Below, piece after piece: positions 1-12,254 of a DNA stretch of 64,000 bases. Made by a program: the position numbers and the translations under genes. The notes beneath the pieces are model-generated. The model was given only the letters and a program-made list of their open reading frames with translations. It had not been told where the DNA came from and searched no databases. Origin of the DNA: Takakia lepidozioides (taxonomy: Eukaryota; Plantae; Bryophyta); NCBI GenBank assembly GCA_030704615.1, contig CM060734.1, forward strand, positions 10,664,001-10,728,000. The letters are read 5' to 3'. The stretch's first letter is position 1. The number at the start of each line of letters is the position of its first letter.

Positions 1-793
1 TTCAACACTTAACACTGATATATGCTGTGCTCTGGAATTACTGGCACAATCAATACAACTTGATATAGCAAAGATCTGTCATATTGCATATTCCAACATG
101 TGTCCCAGTCCTTTGAGATCAATCCAGTTCTACATTGTACTACTACAAAACCTTGGTCTTCAGAAGACTTTCTGAAACTGTAGGTCACAACATCTGCATC
201 AGATCATTCAATGCATGGGTTAATCATGAGAATGGCAGTTCACTGTAGAGACTAGAGACTGTTGCATGGAACCAATTAATTGCATGCGGTATCCCCACAG
301 AATCTGAGTGTAGAGATGCTCCTAGCCCAGTGTGACCCGATCTGTGCGAAAGCTTTGACTGATGTAGTGCTCTGTATGCGTTGGGTTCTCCATAGCCTGT
401 GAAAGTGCTTGTCTCTTTGATGGTTCCTGCATTCCACACAAAGACTCTGCTGCGGTCCAGCATTGCAGACAAGCAAGAGAAACTCGCTGAGCGCTGATAT
501 ATAGTGAGATACAGAAGAGAGATCCGCACTGTATGAGAAGGATGATGAACAACTAGACTGCACTGACTGCCGGGAGACGCCGGCGCCGCAGCGGCCGACC
601 CCGTCGAGGCTCATTAGTGTTGGCACGCAAGAAGAGAATTTATGGGTGACCAGCGGACGCTGCACGTTGTGGAGGAGACGGGTGCCGCAGGTGTCTTGAC
701 GACGGGTGTGACACTTGGGCTGCGAAGGAGGGAGAGAGGAGAGAACAGGGGTTGCCGTGCAATTTGAGGTGGGGTGGGGTCAGAGGAAGGGAG

Positions 794-2971
794 ATGAAAG
801 GGAGTGGGACAGTAGCAGGGAGTGAGGGGAAAAGTGGGGTGGTGGAGGCGGGGGTTGCACTTTGCGAGCATGTGCAGCGGCAGGGGTTGCAGGGGCATCT
901 GTTTTCGGACATAACCTTGAATTTTATGGGGAAGGACTACCCGCTCCATCGGATTATACTCTCGCAGTCTTCGTACTTCCATTCGCTTCTCTCGGGCCCC
1001 TGGAAAGAGTACGGAAAGCCGCGAATCGAACTGCAGATTGATGACCCTAATGTGAGCGCGGAGGGCCTGGAGATTGCCTTCTCCTACATGTATGGGATGA
1101 GCCCAGTTTTCACTGGAGATAATGTGATGGCAGCACTGGCCGCAGGGTGTTTTTTGTGCATGGAGAATTTCTGTGACAAGTGTGTGCAGTTCATTGTAGC
1201 CAACTTGAGGGTGGAGACCTTTGTCGCTTACCAGCAGCTGTCCGAGCGGCATTGCTATGGCCGGTTTGCAGACTTGATAAGAAATGCTTGTTGGACATTT
1301 CTTTGCACGCATGCATCGCGTGAGCTCGTTCATCTCCTTCCAAAGCTTTCTTTGCAGGTGCTTCCCACCACCCCATTTCCCTCTTACCCCCCAGCCCTAT
1401 TCCCACCTAATTTGAGTAATTTCATCAGCCCCAGTGTGGCACTGAGTGTAGCCGGGGTAATCTGTGGGTGTGCGTGTGCATAGCCCTATCCAGGAAGGTC
1501 TTTCCATTGCAGTGAAGGCAATTGCGGTGGAATTTACAGGTTGTTTGTGTTCCTCTTGCATATGACTTTGTGAGTCTGTCATTCATAATTCTCAGGTGAT
1601 GTCGAATCTGAGAAGGAAAGAGGTGAACAGACCTGAGACTCATGACGTGTTCATCTGGAGATGAATAAATCACACCGTGCCTTCTGAGGACTCGTTGGCG
1701 AATATGAGGGTTCGTTGGGTGCATATAGTCGGTTGTCTTAATATTATGAATTGTGCCTGGAAGTGACATGGAATCTACTGGGGTTAAGGAGGAGGGTTTT
1801 AACTTGCTTGGCACTTGGATGGCATTTACCTGGGGAACATATGTATGTCCAAACCCCACCCAGATAATCTTTGTAACTGAAATCTTGTGTGGAGGATCAT
1901 TTCGTCTTAGCTACAGCAATGTATGCAGATATGTGTCAGTAGAGTCTCTGCAAAATAGAAGATTCTTAGGTCACGGGATAGGAAAGCTCCAGACCTTAAT
2001 TCCGATGTGGATGAACCATATATGTCGTGGAAGTTTGTGATGAGAAGTGGATTTTGACAGCCAATAGTTCCCAAGTCATGGGGTCTGGACGTCTGGACAT
2101 GCACTCATTGTGGTACAAAGATACTCAGGCAGCACTTTTCATCAGGGAATTGTATGATCATACTGTGAAGTTGAGAAAAGTCAATTATTTCATTTCTGAG
2201 GTAATGATTAACTGAGACGTCAAGTATTGTAGCTATAGTAACTGGCGAAGTCAGCAAATTCACAGATTTACTTCTTTACCTACACAGGCAAAGGGTTGTC
2301 TCTCCCTCTCAGCCATTATGGTTGCCACCTGTAAGAGAGATGATTAGTCACAACCCCTGTTACTTCCAGGAACCCTCTCAGAAACTAGTGATGCTAGTCT
2401 GACACCTGACTAGGTAGACAACGTGTACATAGACCACAGGATAAAAGTTGCATTGACAGGGTTTCATGTGTGTGTAGTAATGCTGTTGTGTGGCTGATCT
2501 AGCAACTTTGGGGGGAATGGTCCTTGTGTAGGTGTTATGCAGGCTGCTGAAATCAGATGAACTGTGGGTTCTCAGTGAATCAGAGCGCTACAAGCTTGCC
2601 AAGCTGGCGCTGATAGACTGGAAGTTGGCACGTGTGAAACCCACTGATTTTGTGTCAGAATGCCCAGGTGGAAAAAAGTCAAGGGTCAAGACTCAGTCCA
2701 ACCGGAAGGCTGCTCGGAATCTGACAGTCACAGGCAACAGCAACAAGAGAAACACAATGAAGGCTAGAGCAATTGCAAAGGCTGAGAAGAAGAAAAGGGA
2801 GGCTGCTGCTGCTGCTGCTCTCCCATTGATAGAGGTGGCGAAGGAGGCCAGCTTACAGACAAACGAGGCCGTATATGAGACAGACCTAAAAAAACTGCAG
2901 ATGTTATGGGAGGTTGATGAGTTTGAAGTCTCCAAGGATGAGTCATTTAAGGTGTGTGTGGGTGTCTCTCA

Positions 2972-3006
<35 letters not shown>

Positions 3007-6000
3007 ACACAGGCTTATGACACAGTGTGGAGAGATGGCCTATGGTTCCGCCTCTGGTCTTGTGGGATCAAGGGAAAGATGTGGAGAGTTGTCCACAACT
3101 TGTATGCTCACACCAAAAGCTGTGTCACTGTTAACGGACAGAAGTCCAACTTCTTTGACATAGACCAAGGTGTAGCTCAAGGATGTACTCTCTCCCATCT
3201 GCTCTTCAATGTTTTCATCAATCAACTCCTCGAGGATGTGGAAAGTGAGGGATTTGGGTTAAGGGTGGGTGATACCACCATACCAGCCCTTATGTTTGCG
3301 GATGACTTCGCAGGCATAGGGGAGACTCCAACCAATCTCCAGGAGTTGATTGATTGCGCGAAGAGATACTTTGATCATTGGGGGCTAGAGGCTAATGTCA
3401 GCAAATGTGCAGTGGTAGCATTCAACGACAGAGGAGAGGGAGGAAGTGATCTTAAGTGGCAGTGGGGTAGCCAAGAGATCCCAGTCCTCCCTTCCTACAC
3501 TTACCTGGGCGTTGAGTTTTCCTCCAATTGTAATTGGGATGCACATATCCGGAAAGTTGTTCAAACTGGCAAGGGCAAAGCTCTGGGGCTCACTAAATTT
3601 TTCCACTGCAGAGGGGTCAACTCTGAGGTTAAGAAAACCATGCTTTGTCGCGTTATTAGACCTGCCTTGGAGTATGGATCTGCTATATGGGTTGATAACT
3701 CCAACCAGGCTAAGTCTCTAGAATCCATTCAAGTGGGGGTGCTTAAGGATTGTATGTCAGCATGCTCCAAAACAGCCAATGTGGCTGTTCGGGGTGAGTT
3801 TGGCATTCCGTCCTTAAGCTCCCGACGAGATGAATTCAAGGTCAGATGGTGGGGTCAGCTGCAACATATGCCCAACACCAGATATCCTAAGTTAATCGAC
3901 TCTATATCTTGGAAACAGGACCGCCCTGTCAAACAGGCTAAGTCCTGGCAGAAGAGAGTAGAAGAGATTCTCAAGGACCTGGACCTGGATCCGCAAGTCT
4001 TGACCCTGCTGGATAAATCTGACTTAGAGGCTACCGACACCCTTTACTTGCATCCCAACTTTCTCTGCCTCATCTCAAACCAGTGCTGGCTCCAACATTG
4101 TGATTTCCAGTCACTGACATGGGGGAGGACATCTTGGATGACCTCAAGGGTCTACCCACTCTCGGCACTAGACTGAAATTTAAACTCAGGGCAGGAAGCC
4201 TACCTTTGAACAGCAAATAGAAGCAGAGAGGAAAGGGAGAGTGCAATTGCCCGCTGTGTGGGCAATCTGAAGACAGTATTCACTTTCTGATACACTGTCC
4301 GGGGTTCTCTCACCAAAGAGACGCTCTCTTCAATTCTATCAAGGGAATTGTGCCTGTACCCCTGTTTAACAACTTTGAAAGTCTCGAGGCTGAGCCAAAA
4401 GCCCAGGCCCTCCTGAGGCCTAGTTTTTGGGCAAATCACACACAGCAGATTGATGCTTGTGTGAAGGGATTTCTAGAGGATATCTGGAAAACCCGGATTA
4501 ATTCTATATATGATGGTAAGTCACACTACCAACGTCAGCCCCTGACAGAGGTAGGTTCTGTCCCTTTTGTTCCTGCTCAAACTGGGCGCGAGGTCAATGG
4601 CCACAAGGCTAAGGCAAACAACGTCTTATGAGTACAATCTCTCTCTCTCTGTGTATGAAAATCCCGAGGCTGAGGCGAAAGCCCTGGCCCTGTAGGGGTC
4701 TAATTGCTGGGCAGCTCACACACAGCAGATTGATGCTTGTGTTAAGGGCTTTCTACAGGATAATCTGGAAAGCCCGAACCAATTGTTTATATTAAGGTAA
4801 GTCATCCCACTACCGGAGTGAGCCCCTCACGAAGGTAGTGTCTGTTCCCTCTTGTTTCGCCCACACTGGGTGCTGGGTCTGTGGTCACAAGGCTACGGCA
4901 AACAATGTCTTGTATGTCTCCTCTGGTGTACAGGATTTGTCCAATGGTACAAGTGGAGACATAATATCCTGTTTTCTTCTGGTGGCCTATTTTCTCAGAG
5001 ATCCCTGGCAGAGGCCTCCAGTTAATGGGACCCACAGTGCCCTGCATGAGACATAGTCTGTGTCCAGCATTTTGGGTTTGCTTTATTCTTTGTTTCTGTG
5101 ATGCTACTGTTTCCCATGGGTCCTCTGGGCCTTCGTGGACATTAGAATTTTCTTTCATTTTCCTTTTCTCTCCCTCACCCTCGGTCTGTGTCCCATTACA
5201 ACGTCTTATGAGTACATTCTGTCCGTGTCCCATTCACATTCTAGAAGGCTTTAGCAGCAGTGCTGAAGTGAACGTCATACCATGAGCAGTACTCTCTAGT
5301 ATGAACAATACTCCTTCCCCTTCGAACCTGCTTGTGATTGGCTGTGGTATATCAGTGGGCTGAACCCCCACAACCAGGTATGTCATAGCCAATGTTCACA
5401 GGAAATCTTTCTCTCTCCCTGCATTCCAGTACGACTGGCAGTAAGTGTCACATCTGTTTTGAGGAAGGGGCTAGTATGGTATCAATCTAACAGAGGAGAA
5501 TATAGCACTCATAGTGTTTGTGGATTTTAGAGGGAGGTGCACAATGATTCCAAAGTGATGGCAGTTGTAGATTTTAATATGTGGAGCTGATTCAGCACAT
5601 TTCTTGGCCAGTTTGTGGCGGAGCTATTCACAGGAGGTGGCATTATCTTTGCGCACATGGAAGCTGATGAAGTTCTTCAGGCAAAGAAAGAGATGGAGGA
5701 TGCTCACTTGCCAACCGATGCAGCCAATGACAGCATATGGCAGCATGTGTTGCTTAAATCTCGGGTTTTGAAATTTCGGGAGACACACAACCAGCTGGAT
5801 GATTCGTCGGAGGATGATGATGAGATGGATGATGATGAAGATGATGATGAGGATGAGGATGATGAGGTTGCACTCACTTCTGGTTCAGCTGTCTTGTGAT
5901 GGGTTGCATGTGGATGTTATGCGGAGGTTTGATTTGACCACCATGTGCCAATTTGGGTATAGAATAGGAGAACTTTGAGGACTCGTTTCATTTAACGTAT

Positions 6001-7962
6001 AGCAGTTTGTGGTGTAGGAACTTGAAAGATGCTGCTCGTTTGCCATGAAAATCTGTTGAGTCTTTGGCTGTGAGATGAATCTTGTGAAGCAGTGCATGAG
6101 CAATTGATTCAAGGGATAGTTCCACTTAGGGAACTTGAAACATTGATGCTTCGCTAGATGTTGCCACACCAGGTTTGTTCAGTAAATACATAAGTCAATT
6201 GAGGTTTCTGAGAGGATATTGCATTTAAACAAACTCCAGGTGGATGATGATGATGAGGAGGCAAGTGACCGCGACACCAGTGATAGTGATGGATGGAGCA
6301 CTGACCACAGCAGCCAAGAGGATGATGACAGCAACTCCAGCGAAAACCGGAATCAGGAGGTGACTGGAGCCAGTGCACACACACAGGTAAGGGAATGTTG
6401 GCATTTCTGAATTCTTTCGCCCTGTTTTTGGCTTGATCGGGAGGGTCTGATGTTTTGACACTACAGTAGTCTGCAAAGACTTAAAACTGGGGAATTGTGA
6501 GGAGCATTGTGGTGCTCAGTGAAGAACTACAGTTACAGGCTGGGATGGCTATGCTCCCATCATCTTTGATGCTTCATTCTATCCTTGATTCAATTGCCTG
6601 GAACAATGTCGGTGTTGTCTGGAATGATTCCAGATTGAATATATGCTTGAGTGAGTTTGTATATCGGTGATTATTATTATTATTTGCCTAAAACTACCTC
6701 AGTTTGATGTTGCCGAGGTAATACGACTGAAAGTTAGAGCTAAACTGGTCTCCTTGTGTGCTCCACGAGTGTTTCTGACGCGGTAGCGCAGACTGCATTT
6801 TGAGCTGATTTAAGGTTGTATGCCAAACCAGGCTTCAAAGAGACTGAAGACCCAGACCACAGCTTTGGTTTGTTTCTCGTGTGCGGATACATTGCCTTCA
6901 GATGGTGTCAATGAAAAGCGAAGACGAACCACAGGGGGGTTTACTTGGGCGGCCAAGCCTGATGTCGGAATGCAGCTGGCAGATTTCCCACCCTTTCGGT
7001 TTGGGGCGGAGTTTGTGTTGAAAGACAAGCGGTGGACAACATGCTTGGATCTGAAGTCAAGAGAGGTGTTTTATGGTGGTTCTATGTGGAAAATAATTGC
7101 GTCGAACTTGAACCAAGACAAGGATGACTGGCTGTTTGGCGTCCATTGCAGGTATTGTGCATGATATTATCTCTGCTGAGTTAATTTGCTGCAAGTGTCT
7201 GCGACACAGAAATTAAGTGTCAGGCCTATGATTTCGTTTGTAAATACTTCTCAAATGCAAAGCAACCAAAGACTGAGCTGTAGATAGTTGATGCAGAAGT
7301 GTCATTGGCCAGTGGCCAGTCTTGGACATCTCATTTTCAGCTATGTGCAGGCGAGTTTGATGCAAAAATTCACCCCGGAACTAAGATCCATGGAATTTCA
7401 CAGTTCACAGCATTGTTTTAGTCTTTCAACATTTAGTAGAACTGGAACAGTGAGAGTCTTTCAATGTCTTAAGATAGAGTGTGCTAGAAACAGAGCCCAA
7501 ACATACATACTTTCCTCGCCACTTGCCCTGGGGATATGGGTGCCCCTGCTGACAGCTGGATTGACTTCCTGCTGAGCAGTGGCATTTACTTGGGTTGAAG
7601 GTGAGAGAGAAAAAGAGCAGACTTGAAAGATTGCACTAAGGTAGGGGGCTCAGGTAGGGGGCTCAGGTAGGGGGCTCATGGGTTAACCAATTTGTCAAAG
7701 ACATCCTTGCAATGGTTGCAGGCCTTTGGACACATGGGAACCTCACACGTACCAAGACAACCGCCAGAAGGTGCGGTTCATGGCAAAGCTCTACATCAAA
7801 ACATGTCATGGACTTCGCTGTGTCACAGGGACTGCTGTTCGCAAAATGCGTCACCAGGCCTGCCATTTTCGGCATGCTGTTGGAATGCACTTATCCAGGA
7901 AGGATGTCGTAGATGATGAACCACTTCGGGTGTCAGCAGTGGTGCAGCTTATTGATGATTAA
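794..7962 (+). CDS. BTB/POZ-BACK protein, germ-cell-less (GMCL1/Btb2)-like, with acidic linker and C-terminal MATH-like region; predicted exons 794-1357, 2532-2951, 5612-5866, 6240-6386, 6832-7151, 7722-7962 (~648 aa)
   Basis: BTB motif FSDITLNFMGKDYPLHRIILSQSSYFHSLLSGPWKE...IDDPNVS; BACK motif LLKSDELWVLSESERY; FPPFRFGAEF motif. All five introns are GT-AG and splice in frame (phases 0,0,0,0,2). The start codon is uncertain (a short upstream exon is possible). Confidence 0.85.
3007..4637 (+). mobile_element. 5'-truncated non-LTR retrotransposon (RT plus C-terminal CCHC; RTE-X-like) in intron 2 of the BTB gene
   Basis: AYDTVWR, QGCTLSHLLF, FADD and YTYLG RT motifs; downstream frame KLRAGSLPL...CPLC...EDSIHFLIHCP. 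Identical 16-bp flanks TCTCTCTCTCTCTGTG at 2991-3006 and 4638-4653 (TSD). Confidence 0.85.
4663..4915 (+). mobile_element. Older, diverged 3'-end fragment of the same LINE family
   Basis: Colinear similarity to 4385-4630 (e.g. CACACACAGCAGATTGATGCTTGTG; CACAAGGCTA-GGCAAACAA-GTCTT). A third terminal stub ACAACGTCTTATGAGTACA lies at ~5198-5216. Confidence 0.75.
7639..7677. repeat. 13-bp tandem repeat x3 (AGGTAGGGGGCTC) in the last BTB intron
   Basis: Three exact copies visible. Confidence 0.9.
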
Positions 7963-8769
7963 ACATTAGTACTTAGAAGTAGAATCACTCGTCTCCAAAA
8001 AAATTTCAAGGTACCACTTTTGGTCTCACATGTATATGTGGCAGGCAGCAAGCCTTTATAGGTTTCTGATTCAGGTCAGCCCACTGAAACTGACTGGATA
8101 TGCTTGGGCTGCATGAAGAGACGGTGGTGGAAGATGGGTTTGGGAGAGGCTTCTCCCTGTGTATGTGGTCAGGAAGGGAAAAGAAACTAGAGCAATAACT
8201 GATATATGCTAGTACAAATGTGAAACATTGTCATGCAGTGGAAAAAGTCATCATATAGAGCGAGGAAGGTTGAGTGTAAATTTCAGGAGATCCATTCTTT
8301 CAAAGCGGGGTAAGTCCTAGTGGCTTTCAGATTTCAGATAATGAAGGCATGAGAAACACACCCTTGAATAGCATTGTTTCAAGAAAAGTAACTGTAAATT
8401 CGTGTACACCTGGGTTGGTTGGCTTTATACTGTCATGGTGTTATGGAATTGCTGTTAGTTTGGTTTTGTGTTAACAAATTAGGGATGGTAGTCTCAGCTT
8501 CACACTGCAGGTGATTGGCCTCAAACTTAGGCCTGCAAGAACCTTCCAGCCAACACTACATGGCCCACATGTTGCACAAAGTTGGGATCTTCTGACACAT
8601 CCCCCAGTAGATGTGAAAAGTGTTACACTAGATCTGTAGTCTCTGCCTCAAGGGGAGGACCCACAAGGGGAAGTTGACAAATAGTCACTTCAGAAGGCCA
8701 GAAGGATAATTTACGCCAGAACCAACTAGCTGAAAATTACCCTCTAGGCAACAAAGGGTACAACCGTAA

Positions 8770-9243
8770 GAGCATCTCCACGGTGAGCATGGCCCGTCAA
8801 ACGTTATACCCTGGTTACAGGGGCGACGGTATTTTTTACAAGGACTAGTTGGCTGACACTCCAAACGTTATACCCTGGTTACAGGGGCGACGGTATTTTT
8901 TACAAGGACTAGTTGGTTGACACTCCACAGTTGGGACGGTAAGACGGTAAGATAGCCTGGGGACGGTAAGATAGCCCCGAGGCAGGCCCGTCGCTCGATC
9001 ACAATCTTGGCGCGTAGATCGAGGACATCATATCTCATTAACTCACAAATAACATGTAGAGTGGTTGGGGGTCTAGTATGATTGGCAAAAGTGTCTGGTG
9101 GGAGGCAGATTTAAGGCGGGGCCAGCAGCAATTCTACCGGCCTGAGCCAAACGTGGAGCAAGATGTGCTACTTTTTTGGACCCCGCGCCCTTAGATTGCA
9201 GTTTTCGGGCAAGTGTCGTGGCACTGGCACAGTGGAGATGCTC
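8770..9243. mobile_element. PIF/Harbinger (Tourist-like) MITE
   Basis: TIR GAGCATCTCCAC(G/T)GTG at both ends; TAA TSD at 8767-8769 and 9244-9246; internal ~65-bp tandem duplication at ~8798-8927; no ORF. Confidence 0.9.
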
Positions 9244-12200
9244 TAACAACTATCATGGCCACATCTTCTTTTCTACGTAAGCCTTCTATCTCCCAAGTCA
9301 GCGAGGGTAGGACCTAGTTGTCTTGTCAAGTTAAATTAAACACAGTGTGAAACTAACTAGAATAAATCTAGTTATTTGTATTTAACACTTGGAATTAGTT
9401 CAAGTGCTAAACCAGATGTCAAAATCTAAACTTGACATCTGGAAGATCTTATCTTCTCTCTCGTCGGTCGTGCGGCTCATCTCTCTCAAGTTGAGCCTGT
9501 ACGACCGTAAGCTCTCTGTGCAGGCGTGTAAGTGCACTGATGAGAGTATGATGTTGTGGGGGTGGAGTCCCCATAGCTTGGGGTGCCCCTGGCTCGACCT
9601 AATGAGTGATTGTATTTTGTGTTTGTGTGTCATGACACTCTGAGTTTAGTTTTCAAGCACTCGAGAGAGATGACTCATGTCTTTAGTGCAGGATGTGAGT
9701 GAGAGTTTTAGCACTGTTGTTTTGTTTTTGTTTGTACTAAACTTATGTTGAAAAGATCATGGACTAAGTGAGTATGAAAAGATCCAAGTAGATACTTGAG
9801 AGAATTACCTGCGTGCAATATCTAATGTCGTAAAGCGATTATTAGTGCGCGGCAATTGTAGTAGCGATGTCAGAGTAGAGTGCGATGAATTTGACAAGGT
9901 GGAATTTTGGAGTGAGTGGCTGTTAGAGAGCGGTAGTGTGCAAGTATGTGAAGGCTGATGACGGGAAGTTGGAAGAAAGAATCTCTCGAGTTTATGAAAG
10001 ACTACTGGAAATTTCACTACGCAGCTGGAAGCAAGTATTATGTCGCTGAAGTGAAGGACAACTTTTGGAAGTTGCCTGTGTTTGGCAGGCAATGGCAAGA
10101 AGAGTGGGAGTGGCTGCGTCGGTGGCTGGGAGTCACGGCTGCATCGTTGGGTCCGGCTGTGGCTGCCCGGAAGCTCATGCTGAAGCTGCCGCAGTGGTGG
10201 AGGAGAAGGCAAAGTTTGGAAGAGGTTCCCAACTCTGCGCATATGGCTATGATTAAGGCCAATCATTCAGGCAAAGTTGTGGCCTAGCAGTAGGTCGAGG
10301 GAACACTGCCACCGCCTTCTGAACTAACGTCGACTAGTGCAAGTTCTAGATCAAACTCCAAAGCAGCTTGAACAATTTCTGAGATGACTACAGACTTAGT
10401 TATCCCTGCAGGTGCAAGTTGTACTAGCTGCAGCCCCTCGGAACCAGCTTGGCGTCTAGAGATCAAGGTTATGAACGTCCATCTGGACAGGCCTGATCTA
10501 CATTGAGCGGAGTCTTCTTTGGAGCTGGATGTTGGACAGGCAAATCAACCATGTATATTAGGCCAGTTTGAATTGGAAATCGCACCAGATCTTTCAGTTA
10601 GCGAAGGTGGTTATGCAATCAAGGCTGTAGCCGTTTGCCAAATGCACAGCGCCAAGTGGGATTTCAGAGAGAGACCCAATTTTTGGCACCTAAGATTACC
10701 TATTTCATTGAAGGTTGCTGAGAGTCAAAGCAAACTCGATTTTGAAGCTAGCAGCATTGATCCAGGTGCAAACAATTTGCGTGGTAGTACTCTAGCATGT
10801 TCTGCAATTGCAAGTGTCTGACACGCAAGAGCAATTGGCACTACAGTTATGGTCTACTTTCCAACGACGACCTGTAAGGTGAAGACTCGGTTGGGCTCTC
10901 CAGCTAGTGGTCTTATTGAAGGACTTGAGTCTTGTTGCAGCAAGAAGGTACAAGTGGTGCGGCAAGCACACTTGGCACAGTAGCCGCATCCATTCCCGCA
11001 AGACTTGATGACTAAGATGATGGAGGCAACGTCTTGAAAGATCCCGTTTATGTTGTCTCTTGGGGTTTCATCTGAATGTCAGTTATTGCAGCATCAGCTG
11101 CTCAGAATGCGGCATCTGTGGTGCAAGCCAACACCAAAAAAATTTAGAAGCCAAGGTGCGAGAAAGAGGGATGCACACAGCTTTATCAAATCCATATATT
11201 GAGTTGCAGATTGGTATGTCTCAAAGGTCTTCTGCTCACTCTCACTCTCACGATGATGGTCTTGTGTGCGAGGTAAGGGATTGACGATATTAGCCGCAGG
11301 CAGATGTGATCTCCATAGCTCCATGGAGCAGTCACCGCAATTACAATTCCAGCTACCTAGAGTACGGGTCATTTTGATGGAGAACGCACATGGAACTTGA
11401 TGATTTTTTGTGGTGAAAAAAAAAAACTAAAAAAGAAATCTATTGATCCAAATTAAATTATATAGAGCATGTTTTGGCCATAACTTTGGCATACCAAGGC
11501 CGTTTGACCCCAAATTTGGGGAGAGCAGCTGCGGCGTGAGCGCGCTCACGCTTAGCGCACTAAGTGTGAGCAGATTCCACTAATCGTGAGCAGATTCCCT
11601 TAAGTGTGAGCAGAAGTCAAGCGTGAGCAGAAAGTGGAAGTGGAGCGTATAACCGTGGAAGAAGCAGGGCCTATTGTCGTTGACGCTAACTTATGCCTAT
11701 TGGAGGTTTACATGCCATGATGGGACTGAAGGCGCCGACCTCCATGCCAGAAAATGTGGAATGAATGTGTACGAAGAACTTCTCGATGAAGTAAGCAAGT
11801 ATGAATGGGTTCAGGGAAATGGATGAATGAAGGATAGATGTTGGATGACAAATGGTGGATGAATGTAGCACGAATGAGTTTAATATAATAGCTTGTAAGA
11901 AAACATTCATGACATTCATTATTTTCATAACAGTCATGGACTATCATCTCATTCATTCATCTCATAGAAAGTGAATACATAAGGCAATTCTGCAAAACAA
12001 TCAGTGATCTCATTCAAGAAAGTGTTCCCATTATCCAGCACTAAGCCAGATACAAGTCGACCTGGTTGGAACACAAACATGCATTGAAAAACAACATTGA
12101 GAAGAAATCCTCATTGCAAAACAACATTGATCTCATTCAAAAATGCATCCTTGAAGCAAACGTACCCATCTCCAACGTCCGATACACCCAGATTTGAGTA

Positions 12201-12254
12201 ACAATGACAAGAACGACAAACGGGTAGAGTTGTAATGCAAACCCAGACTACATG

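Noticed and set aside
2914-4176. 420-aa ORF as part of the BTB gene or as an intact gene
   Set aside because: It is a chance read-through from exon 2 and the microsatellite into a 5'-truncated LINE within a GT-AG intron.
9958-10287. Trp-rich 109-aa ORF
   Set aside because: No recognisable domain or splice context.
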